Positions 9,772-18,845 of a stretch of 60,790 nt of DNA are shown in pieces. The DNA comes from a virus. Taxonomy: Duplodnaviria > Caudoviricetes. The DNA lies in the IMG/VR virus record IMGVR_UViG_3300025018_000166, positions 1 to 60,790 of that record. One strand, written 5' to 3'. Numbering within the stretch: the stretch's first letter is position 1; each line of letters starts with the position of its first letter. The position numbers and the translations under genes were made by a program. Below the pieces are notes generated by a model. It saw nothing but the letters and a program-made list of their open reading frames with translations, ran no database searches and had not been told where the DNA came from.

Positions 9772-9822
9772 TTGACGTGCGTACGCGCGAGGGCTTAGGA
9801 TGCTGGTGGAGGTTAGACCATG
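9772..9822 (+). promoter_or_regulatory. Class-1 cassette, copy 2
   Basis: TTGACGtgcgtacgcgcg..TAGGAT..GGAGG..ATG 9820. Confidence 0.85.
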
Positions 9823-10134
9823 ACGAACACCGAACCCAGCACCTACGTCGGCGCCGCCTCGAACCTGCGCACGATCCCCGTCCCCGAAGCGAAGGGCGGC
9901 GACACCTACGACGGCATCGTCCGCGGCGACGGCGACGGCCCCTGCTACATCTGCGGGCGCCACATCAAGGTCGCGAAGCACTGGGTTCACGCGGTAGACG
10001 GCGGCGACCGGCTCCTGCACCGCGACGACGAGGACGCGTACGAAGCCGACGGCGGCGACCTCGGCCACCACCCGGTCGGAAGCGATTGCGCGCGCCTGAT
10101 CCCCGCCGAGTACCGCACGAAGGGGGGTGCGTGA
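9820..10134 (+). CDS. hypothetical Zn-binding protein
   Basis: CYICG..PVGSDCA; follows a cassette. Confidence 0.75.
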   Translation: MTNTEPSTYVGAASNLRTIPVPEAKGGDTYDGIVRGDGDGPCYICGRHIKVAKHWVHAVDGGDRLLHRDDEDAYEADGGDLGHHPVGSDCARLIPAEYRTKGGA

Positions 10135-10472
10135 CCGTGCCCGTCGTCACCCGCGCCCCCAACGAAACGAACGGCCTCGACAACCCGACCGCGTACCACG
10201 ACGACTTCACGCACCGCATCGAACGCGCCGTCCCGTGGACGGAGCCGGGCCTGCGCGTCACGCGCCTGCGCCTGCTCACCGATCCCGGCTTCCCCATGTG
10301 GGACGTGAGTTACTGCCACGGCATGATCGGTGACGAGCCGGTCCGCGTGATCCTGCCGTTCGGCCAACTGCCGAAGGGCCGCGTGTCGAGCGCCATCATC
10401 GACCACGCGAAGGCGGACGGCGTGTACGCGAAGCGCCTCGGCATCCTCGACAGCATCAGCACCCTCTCGTGA
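10131..10472 (+). CDS. hypothetical phage protein
   Basis: GTGA overlap; RLRLLTDPGFPMWDVSYCHG. Confidence 0.75.
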   Translation: MTVPVVTRAPNETNGLDNPTAYHDDFTHRIERAVPWTEPGLRVTRLRLLTDPGFPMWDVSYCHGMIGDEPVRVILPFGQLPKGRVSSAIIDHAKADGVYAKRLGILDSISTLS

Positions 10473-10687
10473 GCGGCGCCCCCGCGTGCTCGTGCCCGGA
10501 GCGGTCCAAGCCGCTCCGGGCACGCGACTGGACTGTTGACGTGCTGCATGGCAACCGCAGCGCGTTCAGCGGCTACCGCTGGACGCCATCGGGCTACTCG
10601 CAGGTGCGGTGCCACGCGTGCGGCGCGGTGTGGCGGACGCGCGCTGCGTACGCCAACGATCTCGCCCTCGGCGTGTTCCGCACCTGA
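10469..10687 (+). CDS. small Zn-finger protein
   Basis: CSC..SAFSGY..CHACGAVWRT; GTGA overlap. Confidence 0.7.
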   Translation: MSGAPACSCPERSKPLRARDWTVDVLHGNRSAFSGYRWTPSGYSQVRCHACGAVWRTRAAYANDLALGVFRT

Positions 10688-10747
10688 TCCACCCCCGCTC
10701 GACCCGGCGCCCCTGCTCACGCGGGGGCGCTCGACCATGGAGGCACG

Positions 10748-12604
10748 ATGCCCGCCACCTACCTCACCGGCGACGCGCTCGCCACCCTCGCCACCCTGCC
10801 CGCGAACTCGTTCGACGCCATGCTCTGCGACCCGCCGTACCACCTCACGACCGGCAAGAAGGGCGGCAGCGGCCCCGCGAGCGTCACCCTCGACAACCCG
10901 TACGGACGCGCGCGCGTCACCGCAGGCTTCATGGGGATGACGTGGGACGGCGGCGACGTCGCCCATAATCCCGCCGTGTGGCGCGAGGCGCTGCGCGTGC
11001 TCAAGCCCGGCGCGTTCGCGCTCGTCGCGTGCGGCACCCGCACCCAGCACCGCATGGTGACGGCATTGGAGGATGCGGGCTTCGAGATCCGCGACGTGAT
11101 CGCATGGCTCTACGGCAGCGGCTTCCCCAAGAGCCACGACGTGAGCAAGGGCATCGACCGCGCCGCGGGCGCCGAGCGGCCGGTGATCGGCCCCAACCCG
11201 GCCGCGCGCCCTGGAGACGCGGGCACGGGCGTCGCGGGCGAAACGGCGACGACCAGCAGCGGATGGCGCAAGCCTGTGCGCCCCGACAAGACGGGCGCCG
11301 CCACCCCGGACGCGGAGCGGTGGCAGGGGTACGGCACCGCCCTCAAGCCCGCGATAGAACTGTGGACGCTCGTGCGCAAGCCACCCGAAGGCACGGTCGC
11401 CGCGAACGTTCTAAGGCACGGCACCGGCGCACTCAACATCGACGGGTGCCGAGTGCCGACGGATTGGGCGGCTGATCGCGGGGAGTCGTGGTTGCGAAGC
11501 GGCAAGCAAACGGTCCCCGACGACACCTGGCAAGGCCCAAGCGCAAAAGCGCAAGGTTCGACCGTGGCCGACCGGGTGAACACCCTCGGCCGTTGGCCTG
11601 CGAACGTGATTCATGACGGCAGCGACGAAGTGCTCGCGGGATTCCCAGAGAGCACCGACGGCGTCGCGGTCAAGCGCAACGGCGTAACCCACGGCGGGCG
11701 CATCGCCTTCGGCGGTATCGGCAAACACCCGCCCGGAACCCCTGACGTCGGCTTCGGAGGGTCCGGTAGCGCGGCCCGGTTCTTCTACACGGCTAAGAGT
11801 TCGCGCCACGAGCGCATGGCCGGGCTAGGGCACATCGAAACTATCGTGGTATCGTCAAGCACATGGGACGGCGAGGAACACGAAGCACGGCTCCAGGTGG
11901 ATACGGCACCATCACCCCCAAGGGTTATAGGCGCGTTTGGGACGCCGAACAGCGACGTAGCCGAATGGAACACGTTCTTGTTTGGGAGCGGCATCACGGA
12001 AGCATCCCAGCAGGGATGCAGGTTCACCATCTCGACGGCGACCCCCTCAACAACGCCATCGCCAACCTTGCGCTCGTTGACCCAACGACACACAAGCGCC
12101 TTCACTCTGGCTGCGAGCAGCGAGGTGGACGCTGGTACAAGCCCTGCTCCATCTGCCGCGAACTCAAGCCCATCGACGCCGAGCATTGGTACCTCTCCCG
12201 CGAGGGGTGGCCGCTCTACGGACGGTGCCGACCCTGCCACATCGCCCGAGTGGTGGGCGAGAAACGCGCGCGTAAGGCTGCGAAGCGAAGGCGCCAAAGG
12301 CTCGACCCACCCGACCCATAAGCCGCTCGCCCTGACGACCTACCTCGCGCGGCTGCTGCTACCGCCCGAGCGCGCGGACGGGATGCCGCGGCGGATCGTG
12401 ACGCCGTTCAGCGGTGTCGGCAGCGAGGTGATCGGCGCGCTCCTCGCGGGGTGGGACGAGGCGACGGGCATCGAACTCGATCCCGCGTACGCGAGCATCG
12501 CGCGTGCCCGCACCGCGCATTGGCTTGCGCACCCGCACGACCTCGAAGACGCCGACGAGGCGCCCGTCGCGCCCGCATCGTTCGGCCCCCTGTTCGACGG
12601 TTGA
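10748..12604 (+). CDS. beta-class N6-A/N4-C DNA methyltransferase with a ~160-aa low-complexity insertion
   Basis: DPPY near the N-terminus, WLYGSGFPKS, ALKPA, RWPAN, ARFFY, HPTHKP, PFSGVGS near the C-terminus. Confidence 0.9.
   Translation: MPATYLTGDALATLATLPANSFDAMLCDPPYHLTTGKKGGSGPASVTLDNPYGRARVTAGFMGMTWDGGDVAHNPAVWREALRVLKPGAFALVACGTRTQHRMVTALEDAGFEIRDVIAWLYGSGFPKSHDVSKGIDRAAGAERPVIGPNPAARPGDAGTGVAGETATTSSGWRKPVRPDKTGAATPDAERWQGYGTALKPAIELWTLVRKPPEGTVAANVLRHGTGALNIDGCRVPTDWAADRGESWLRSGKQTVPDDTWQGPSAKAQGSTVADRVNTLGRWPANVIHDGSDEVLAGFPESTDGVAVKRNGVTHGGRIAFGGIGKHPPGTPDVGFGGSGSAARFFYTAKSSRHERMAGLGHIETIVVSSSTWDGEEHEARLQVDTAPSPPRVIGAFGTPNSDVAEWNTFLFGSGITEASQQGCRFTISTATPSTTPSPTLRSLTQRHTSAFTLAASSEVDAGTSPAPSAANSSPSTPSIGTSPARGGRSTDGADPATSPEWWARNARVRLRSEGAKGSTHPTHKPLALTTYLARLLLPPERADGMPRRIVTPFSGVGSEVIGALLAGWDEATGIELDPAYASIARARTAHWLAHPHDLEDADEAPVAPASFGPLFDG
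11863..12321 (+). CDS. HNH homing endonuclease nested in another frame of the methyltransferase
   Basis: GY..EHVLVWERHHG.IP.GMQVHHLDGDPLNNAIANL..H..LH plus CSIC/CRPC; TATCGT 7 nt before ATG. Confidence 0.85.
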   Translation: MGRRGTRSTAPGGYGTITPKGYRRVWDAEQRRSRMEHVLVWERHHGSIPAGMQVHHLDGDPLNNAIANLALVDPTTHKRLHSGCEQRGGRWYKPCSICRELKPIDAEHWYLSREGWPLYGRCRPCHIARVVGEKRARKAAKRRRQRLDPPDP

Positions 12605-12651
12605 CGCGCGTACGCGCGAGGGGTTAGGATGCTCGTGGAGGTACGACCATG
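12601..12651 (+). promoter_or_regulatory. Class-1 cassette, copy 3
   Basis: TTGACG with perfect palindrome CGCGCGTACGCGCG, TAGGAT, GGAGG, ATG 12649; the TGA within the -35 box is the MTase stop. Confidence 0.85.
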
Positions 12652-12915
12652 ATCGACGCGAACGCCCCCATCGCCACCGGCACCGCCCACGGCACCTTCA
12701 CCTACGCGCACGGTGACAGCATCCCCGTCGAACTCGCCGTGTTCGAGGAAGGCGACCACGAGGGCATGATCGACACCCGTGCGCTCGCGCGCACCATCCG
12801 CCGCAGCGCCACCCCCCTCGACCTCGAACTCTGGACCGACTGGACGTTCCGCGTCCTCAACCGCGACGGCGACCGCATCGGCACCCTCGAAGTCCACGCC
12901 GGAGCGGGCGCATGA
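12649..12915 (+). CDS. hypothetical protein
   Basis: follows a cassette RBS. Confidence 0.75.
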   Translation: MIDANAPIATGTAHGTFTYAHGDSIPVELAVFEEGDHEGMIDTRALARTIRRSATPLDLELWTDWTFRVLNRDGDRIGTLEVHAGAGA

Positions 12916-13379
12916 GAGCCGCCCTGGACTGGGCGGCGCCCGGTGTCGAGTGCGGCATCGTGGACGCCGACGGCATGAACCGTTCGCGACCGCGCGTGAC
13001 CATGACCACCGTCGAACGCGTGACGAAGACCCAGGTCGTGCTCGCGAACGGCACCCGATTCATGCGCGACAGCGGGCGCAAGGTCGGCAACGCGACCGCG
13101 TGGACAAGCCCGGACCTGTACCCCGCCGGGCACCCCGCCCTCGCGCGCGCCCGCGAGATCGCGATGCAGCAGCACATCGACCGCCTCGCGAAGCACCTCG
13201 CGAACGTCGGCCTCGACCTCATGGACGTGCGCGAACTCGCGCTGTTCGGGCGTCGCGCGGACGCGGCGCAGTCCGAGCGCGCAGAGCGCGTGCTGAAGGT
13301 CGTCGGTACCGCGTTCGCGCCCGCACCGAGCACCGAACCCGAGGACGAGCACGCGTGGATCAAGGAGAAGCAGCGATGA
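12912..13379 (+). CDS. hypothetical protein (VERVTKTQ type)
   Basis: ATGA overlap. Confidence 0.7.
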   Translation: MRAALDWAAPGVECGIVDADGMNRSRPRVTMTTVERVTKTQVVLANGTRFMRDSGRKVGNATAWTSPDLYPAGHPALARAREIAMQQHIDRLAKHLANVGLDLMDVRELALFGRRADAAQSERAERVLKVVGTAFAPAPSTEPEDEHAWIKEKQR

Positions 13380-13792
13380 AGCACGACGAGTCCAAACTGC
13401 CCGCATGGGCGCGCGACAGCCTGCGCAACCTGCGCGCCGAAGTCGAGCGGCTGCACGCGGACGCGAACCCGACCCTGTACCGCATCGAGGACGCGCCGCG
13501 CGAGGCGGTGTACCTCGACCTGTTCAGTCCCGACTACCGCGCGCGCCCGCACCTGCGCCCCCTGCCCGAGTTCGCGGGCGTGACGTACGTGGACGACCGC
13601 GGCATCCCGATCCGCCTCCTCGCCGAGCGCATCATCCGAAAGGACGGCGTCCCGACGAGTGGCGGACTCGTGCTGCACGGCCGCGACATGATCCTCGCCG
13701 CGCCGGTCGCCGCGAACGTCATCCGCGCCATCAGCCTGTCGATGCACGACCTCGCCATCCGCCAGCACGACCGCACGCCCAAGGAGGCTTGA
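13376..13792 (+). CDS. hypothetical protein (KLPAWA type)
   Basis: AAGGAG RBS; ATGA overlap. Confidence 0.7.
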   Translation: MKHDESKLPAWARDSLRNLRAEVERLHADANPTLYRIEDAPREAVYLDLFSPDYRARPHLRPLPEFAGVTYVDDRGIPIRLLAERIIRKDGVPTSGGLVLHGRDMILAAPVAANVIRAISLSMHDLAIRQHDRTPKEA

Positions 13793-13794
13793 CC

Positions 13795-13986
13795 ATGTCC
13801 GAACTCCACGACGACACCGCCGCGACCGAACGCGCGCGTGTGGCCCAGCACAACCAGTTCATGTGCGCCGCCATCACCGGCCTTCTCGCGGACGGCTTCC
13901 CCACCCGCGACGAGGCGCAGCGTGCCTACCTCATCGAGCGCGCCATCCAGATCGCGGACGCCGCACTCCTGGACGCCGACGCATGA
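13795..13986 (+). CDS. small hypothetical protein
   Basis: AAGGAGG RBS; AAITGLLA..AIQIADA. Confidence 0.7.
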   Translation: MSELHDDTAATERARVAQHNQFMCAAITGLLADGFPTRDEAQRAYLIERAIQIADAALLDADA

Positions 13987-14408
13987 ACGCCGCCGACTGG
14001 ACCGTGGGCGACGCGGTGACGTGGACCGCGTCGGACGGCACGCGCACGCCCGCGAACGTCATGCGGATCGGCGCGGCACGCGTCACCGTCCTGATCGCCG
14101 ACAACGGCCGCCACCGGCACGTGAGCGTGCCCCCGCAGAACCTCACCGCCCGCAGCGAACCGGACCGCATCGACGCCGCCGCCTCGACGTACCGCGCCGA
14201 CACCGCACCCACCGCCCCGAAGAACGCCGCGCGCCTCGCCGCGCTGGAACGCGTGAACGCCAAGCGTCGGTTGCGGAAGGGTGAGGCGACCGCCGCGTAC
14301 CGCGCGCGGATGCCGCAGCGGTACGCGGAACGGTTCGAGGCGCTATCGCCCGAGCAGCGCGGGAAGGTCATCGCCGCCGGACTCGACGCCCACCCTGCGC
14401 CCTTCTAA
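13983..14408 (+). CDS. hypothetical protein with a possible C-terminal ribbon-helix-helix-like region
   Basis: ATGA overlap; YRARMP..FEALSPEQRGKVI. Confidence 0.65.
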   Translation: MNAADWTVGDAVTWTASDGTRTPANVMRIGAARVTVLIADNGRHRHVSVPPQNLTARSEPDRIDAAASTYRADTAPTAPKNAARLAALERVNAKRRLRKGEATAAYRARMPQRYAERFEALSPEQRGKVIAAGLDAHPAPF

Positions 14409-14428
14409 CCGCCGCCCACCACAACGGT

Positions 14429-14462
14429 GAACGCCCCCGGCTCTCGTCGGGGGCGTTCGTTT
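14429..14462. terminator. hairpin terminator between convergent blocks
   Basis: gaacgcccccggc/gtcgggggcgttc stem followed by gttt. Confidence 0.7.
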
Positions 14463-14540
14463 GGGGCGTGCGGGGGGAGGAAGTTGCGCACGAGGCGCGC
14501 CCTGCCCCCATGATGCGCGGGCACCCGCTCCAAAGGCGCT

Positions 14541-15323
14541 TCACTCCACGTCCTCGACCTCGACATCAACCACGTCGTCGTCACCGGCTTCGAGGATCAA
14601 GCCGTTCGGCGCGAACACCTCACGCCGCAAGCGGTCCTCGTACACGTCGAACTGCTCCTCAGGTAGCAAGTCCCAAACGATGTGCCGGACCGCGAGCGCG
14701 AACGTGCGGATCGTGTCCAACGCCTCAGCCTGCGCCAACTTCGCTTTCGTTTCGGCGCGCGCCTTCGTTGCCTTCACGATCTCCAGTGCGAGGCCCGCGA
14801 CCTTCGTCGTCCACGAGTCCAGCATGCCCACGGTGCTTGTGAGGCCGCGCAGGAACGCGTACGCCTGCCGGAAATCGCCCGGCTCCATGATCGCGCCCGA
14901 GAGCGCCGCCCGGAAGTCCTCGATCTGCTCAGGCAACCCGGATGCGGCGCCCTGAATGTCGTCCGCGCGGTCGATGGTGAACGCGAGCACCGCCTTCGCG
15001 ACCTTGATCTCGGCGTCGCTATCGTCCATCTCGATCTGCGCCTCGTCCAGCGCGGCGATCACTTCGCGCAGGTGCGTGCTCGCCCGCTTCGAGTACAGCC
15101 CGTGCACGAGCGGACGCCCGACGCGTGGATCCTTCGCGCGCCCCTCGGCGACGCGCTTCGGGCTACCGCTACCGTGCTTCCAGCACACGTCGAACCCGGC
15201 GGTCGCGACGGCGCCGCACTGGGTACCGTCCTTCTTCAACGCTTGGCAGCGCGGCGCCCGGCCCCCTTTCGGCATGTCCACCATCGGTTCGAGGTCTGGA
15301 GCCGTGCGGCGTCGTTGACTCAT
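14541..15323 (-). CDS. terminase small subunit-like protein
   Basis: RCQA..GTQC..CWKHGSGS (HGGxSTG-like), VHGLYSK, helical C-terminal half. Confidence 0.65.
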   Translation of the reverse strand: MSQRRRTAPDLEPMVDMPKGGRAPRCQALKKDGTQCGAVATAGFDVCWKHGSGSPKRVAEGRAKDPRVGRPLVHGLYSKRASTHLREVIAALDEAQIEMDDSDAEIKVAKAVLAFTIDRADDIQGAASGLPEQIEDFRAALSGAIMEPGDFRQAYAFLRGLTSTVGMLDSWTTKVAGLALEIVKATKARAETKAKLAQAEALDTIRTFALAVRHIVWDLLPEEQFDVYEDRLRREVFAPNGLILEAGDDDVVDVEVEDVE

Positions 15324-15355
15324 GCCCTTATCGTGCCCCAGCCGTGCGGATGGGT

Positions 15356-15455
15356 AGCCATGCCCAAGCCATGACTAAGCCATGGCTTAGTCGTTCTTTG
15401 CGGTGCCAGCGCACAAACGAACCGCGTGCGGCACGCGGTTCGCAGCCATGATGGC
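15356..15455. repeat. palindrome and hairpin cluster upstream of the small-terminase-like gene
   Basis: perfect 20-bp palindrome GACTAAGCCATGGCTTAGTC (15373-15392), AGCCATG three times at 11-bp period, two further hairpins. Confidence 0.7.
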
Positions 15456-15482
15456 TGGTGCGCTTTGCGGTCCGTTTGCGGT

Positions 15483-16724
15483 TCATCGGCGCACGGCTTG
15501 GATCACGAACTCGGTGGATCGCGCGTCCGTGATCGCGGCCAGGTACAGCGCGCCGCCGTCGCGGGTGAGCGCCCGGATCTTCTGCCCGCGGAACAGCCGG
15601 TCGGCGGCGGTAGCGAGGTGCCCACCGTTGTACGCGGCGCCCGCGTTGCGGTCGCCGTCGCGCGCGAGGTCCGTGATGCCCGCCACCGGCAACTGGTCGT
15701 GCACTTCCGCTTCGCCTTCGGCGAGGCTCACCGGGATCGCGACGCCGAGGCCGTTCGAGAACTCGCCGAGGTGCAACCGCACCGCGGAGTTGCCTACCGG
15801 CCCGAAACGACCGTTCGCGAGGGCGCTGACGCGCTTCACGACGACGGCAACCTCGTTCGCGTCGAGCGTCACGTCGTCGCGGTACGGAGCGGTCGCCAAC
15901 TTCCGCAGGATCGGTTGCCAATCCGGGAACGACGCCCTCGGGTCGAGGGCGCGCACTTCCGCGTGCCATGCGTCGCATGCGAGCGCGAGGTGCGACCGCG
16001 TGTGCCAGAGCCGGATGCGGGCGTCGGCGGGCAGCGCGGCGACGCGTGCGCGCAGAATCGCGACGTTGTACCGCGCGACGATCAGCGGTGGCGCATCGTC
16101 CGGCCATGCGATGTCGCCGTCCGGGACGGGCACGCTCACGTGCGCGAGGAGGAAGCCGTTCGTGGCGACCACGCCGAGGCGACCGGGCGCGCGGTGGAAC
16201 TTGACACCGCTGATCCCCCCGCTTCCGGGCAGCGGCGACGCGAACGCGTGAGCGTCCAAGAGCGCGAGCAGGCTTTCGGCGGGCATGGTGGCGCTCGCGC
16301 AAGCGTCCGCTTCGGAACTCCACGCGCGTACGGCTTCCATGGTGACGTTCGGTTCCGCTTCGCGCTCCTTGACCTGCGCCTCGAAGCGTCCGCTGGTGAG
16401 CACGAGGCCCGTGATCTTCGGATCATCGTTCCAGGCGAGCACCACGCCTTCGCCCTCATCGTCGGCCTTGTCGATCAGCGCGGCGAGCGGCGGGTGCGGC
16501 ACCATCACCGCGCGGCTCACGCCGGTGAACCCGTCAGGCTCGATCTCGTGCCGGGTCGCGGCACGGTTCGTGGTCGGACTCGCGACGTCGAGGTACACGG
16601 TGTCGTCTACGCGGTGCAGGCGGGTAGGTACGCCACGCGCTTCACCGCTGGTGGGGTGGAAGGCGCCGAGGACGTTCATGCTCGCCTTGAGCGCGTCAAG
16701 GGGAATGCGCACGCGATGGATCAT
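15483..16724 (-). CDS. divergent DNA sliding clamp (DnaN-like)
   Basis: GVKF..VVATNGFLLA, SFPDWQPIL, AYNGGHL, terminal FVIQAVRR; ~410 aa; lies in the replication block. Confidence 0.7.
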   Translation of the reverse strand: MIHRVRIPLDALKASMNVLGAFHPTSGEARGVPTRLHRVDDTVYLDVASPTTNRAATRHEIEPDGFTGVSRAVMVPHPPLAALIDKADDEGEGVVLAWNDDPKITGLVLTSGRFEAQVKEREAEPNVTMEAVRAWSSEADACASATMPAESLLALLDAHAFASPLPGSGGISGVKFHRAPGRLGVVATNGFLLAHVSVPVPDGDIAWPDDAPPLIVARYNVAILRARVAALPADARIRLWHTRSHLALACDAWHAEVRALDPRASFPDWQPILRKLATAPYRDDVTLDANEVAVVVKRVSALANGRFGPVGNSAVRLHLGEFSNGLGVAIPVSLAEGEAEVHDQLPVAGITDLARDGDRNAGAAYNGGHLATAADRLFRGQKIRALTRDGGALYLAAITDARSTEFVIQAVRR

Positions 16725-16731
16725 CAGGAAA

Positions 16732-17154
16732 TCACTCCCTCACGAGATCTTCGTCGGCCTTGCGGTGGCGAGCCATGTGGCACGAGCGGCACAACCACAC
16801 GACCTCCAGCGGTTTCGCATAGTCCTCGTGGTGCGCGTCAGGGTGGCAGGCGCGCCCGCACTCCGAGCAGCGGTCGGGGCGCACGAGCTTGCCGCGCTGC
16901 GTTGCGTTGTTGACGTGACGGGCGGCGCGATGCTTAGCCGGATCGCGTCGAGCAGCCGGACTTTGCCGTTCCGGCTGCTCGCGGTACCGCTTGCGATCCG
17001 CCGCTCGGACCCGTTCGGGGTCACGCTTTGCTACCCACGCGCGTCGCTCCTCTGGTGTCTTCCGGCGGTACCACGCCCGCATGTACTCTCGATGCTTGCG
17101 CTTCGGGCAGGTACCGCACTCGCATGTCGGTGGCCGTCCGGCTTTCGGTGGCAT
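16732..17154 (-). CDS. free-standing HNH endonuclease-like protein
   Basis: CSECG..DAHHEDYAKPLEVVWLCRSCHMARH. Confidence 0.75.
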   Translation of the reverse strand: MPPKAGRPPTCECGTCPKRKHREYMRAWYRRKTPEERRAWVAKRDPERVRAADRKRYREQPERQSPAARRDPAKHRAARHVNNATQRGKLVRPDRCSECGRACHPDAHHEDYAKPLEVVWLCRSCHMARHRKADEDLVRE

Positions 17155-17176
17155 CCCTCACGATGCCCTAAAAAGG

Positions 17177-18013
17177 CTAGAAGGGGAGGTTTTCTTCCGG
17201 CGGGAACTCCTCGTCAATGTCGAGTTGCCGGGCGGCGGGCTTCGCGGGCGCCGCGGGCCGGGCGCTGGTGGCGGCAGCGGGCGCGGTGGTGGGCGCGGTG
17301 CGCGCGGGCCGGTCGTCGCCTTGGTACGCGGGGCTTGCGAGGCGCAGGATCTCGTCGGCGTTCACGCGGAGTTGGTACCGCTTGTTCCCGTCGCGGTCGT
17401 CCCAGGACGAGAGCACGACGGCGCCCGCGACGCGCACGGGGGTGCCTTTCGTGCACTCGGCGGCGGTGTTCGCGAGGGCTTCGCCCCAGGCGGTGACGGT
17501 GATGAAGTTGCCGCGGGATTCCTTCGTGACGGGGTTGTACTCGTTCACGGCGATGTTGAGGTTCGCGACCGCGTTGCCGTTGCCGGTGTACCGGAGTTCG
17601 CCGTCGCGGGTGACGTTGCCGAGCAGCAGCGCGCGTGAGGCGCCGCCGACGAGGAGCGGGCCGTACTCGCCTTGCTTGATCTCGTGGTCGCCGGGCAGGA
17701 AGTGGAGTTGGTCGATGTCGATGCTGGTGCCGTACCGCTTGCTTCCGTCGGGCTGGTCGGTTGCGTACGACCGCAGGCGCGCTTGCGCGTGCACGGCTTG
17801 GGGGAGGGGGTCGTCGCCGATGAGTGCCGCCCAGCGTTCGGCGCGTTCGCCGTAGAGGCTGACGATGTGGGACGAGAACACGTCGGCGGTTTGGCCGTCG
17901 CCGCGTTGGATCGTGCGGACGCCTGCGATGCGGAAGTTCAGGATGGGTTTGCCGTTGGGCGTGTAGCGGAGTTGCGCGTCGGTGGCGACGCCGGTGAGGA
18001 GCACGACATTCAT
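17177..18013 (-). CDS. ssb: single-stranded DNA-binding protein with two OB folds (Deinococcus-Thermus type)
   Basis: two LRYT-containing OB repeats; tail DIDEEFPPEENLPF; AAGGAG RBS. Confidence 0.93.
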   Translation of the reverse strand: MNVVLLTGVATDAQLRYTPNGKPILNFRIAGVRTIQRGDGQTADVFSSHIVSLYGERAERWAALIGDDPLPQAVHAQARLRSYATDQPDGSKRYGTSIDIDQLHFLPGDHEIKQGEYGPLLVGGASRALLLGNVTRDGELRYTGNGNAVANLNIAVNEYNPVTKESRGNFITVTAWGEALANTAAECTKGTPVRVAGAVVLSSWDDRDGNKRYQLRVNADEILRLASPAYQGDDRPARTAPTTAPAAATSARPAAPAKPAARQLDIDEEFPPEENLPF

Positions 18014-18074
18014 GGGGCTTCTCCTTGGGGGTGAACCTACGCCGTCCATCTTACGGGACAACGGGGGGGCCGCG

Positions 18075-18599
18075 TCAACCGTGCGGCGTCGCCATCCCCT
18101 CAAGCGCCTTCCGCCCGTACGCGCTCTCGTGCAGCAGCAACAGCACCGTCGCAAGCCCAAGCGCGTCCCGCACGTGCACGCTCGACCGCCTCGACTTCAG
18201 TTCCGGGTAGTGCAGTTCGAGCGCGCGTTTCACCGCGTCGTCCGCGGCGCGCGGATTCTGCGTCAGGTACCCCCGCCACGACGAGCGCATGCCCGCACCG
18301 TTCGCGGGCAGGTGGTACACGCGATGCCCGGCGGCGCAACCTTCGATCAGGCCCGCGACGTGCGCGGTGTGGAACAGCGCGTCCGCGCGCGCTTTCGCGG
18401 CGAGGAAGCCGGGCAGCACTTCGATGCCGACCACCGCATCCGGCCCAGCAGCCGCGATCACGCCCCGCAAGGTGCCCACGCGGGCTTCGAGGCGTTCGAG
18501 CGCAGCGATCTTCAGTCGTCCGTCGTCGTCACGGGTCGCGACCGCGTACCCGACTTGTGTGGTGCCGGGATCGAACGCGACGACGACGGGTGCCTTCAC
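18075..18599 (-). CDS. RuvC-like Holliday junction resolvase
   Basis: AFDPGTTQVGYAV, VGIE, HVRDALGLA; GTGA overlap. Confidence 0.75.
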   Translation of the reverse strand: MKAPVVVAFDPGTTQVGYAVATRDDDGRLKIAALERLEARVGTLRGVIAAAGPDAVVGIEVLPGFLAAKARADALFHTAHVAGLIEGCAAGHRVYHLPANGAGMRSSWRGYLTQNPRAADDAVKRALELHYPELKSRRSSVHVRDALGLATVLLLLHESAYGRKALEGMATPHG

Positions 18600-18832
18600 G
18601 TGAGCGGGTTGCGGTCGTGGTCGCGTTCGGCCTTCGTGTCGTGCTTGCCGACGAGGTTCGTGACGATCATGAGCGTGCCGAACAGCGGCCACAGCAGGCT
18701 TGAGATGGCTGCGACGGCGTGCAGCCGTGCGTTCTTGCGGCGGCGTGCCTGATCGGCGGTGTCGTAGATCACGTACGCGGTGAGCGAGGCACCAATGGCA
18801 TAGACGGCGGTGAGGAACAGGATCTCGGGCAT
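18596..18832 (-). CDS. small membrane protein
   Basis: AAAGGAGG RBS; two hydrophobic segments. Confidence 0.7.
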   Translation of the reverse strand: MPEILFLTAVYAIGASLTAYVIYDTADQARRRKNARLHAVAAISSLLWPLFGTLMIVTNLVGKHDTKAERDHDRNPLT

Positions 18833-18845
18833 GCGACTTCCTCCT

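Noticed and set aside
11830-12300. Intein in the methyltransferase
   Set aside because: No Cys/Ser start with block B and no HN-C/S/T end; an RNA intron is not evident but cannot be excluded by eye
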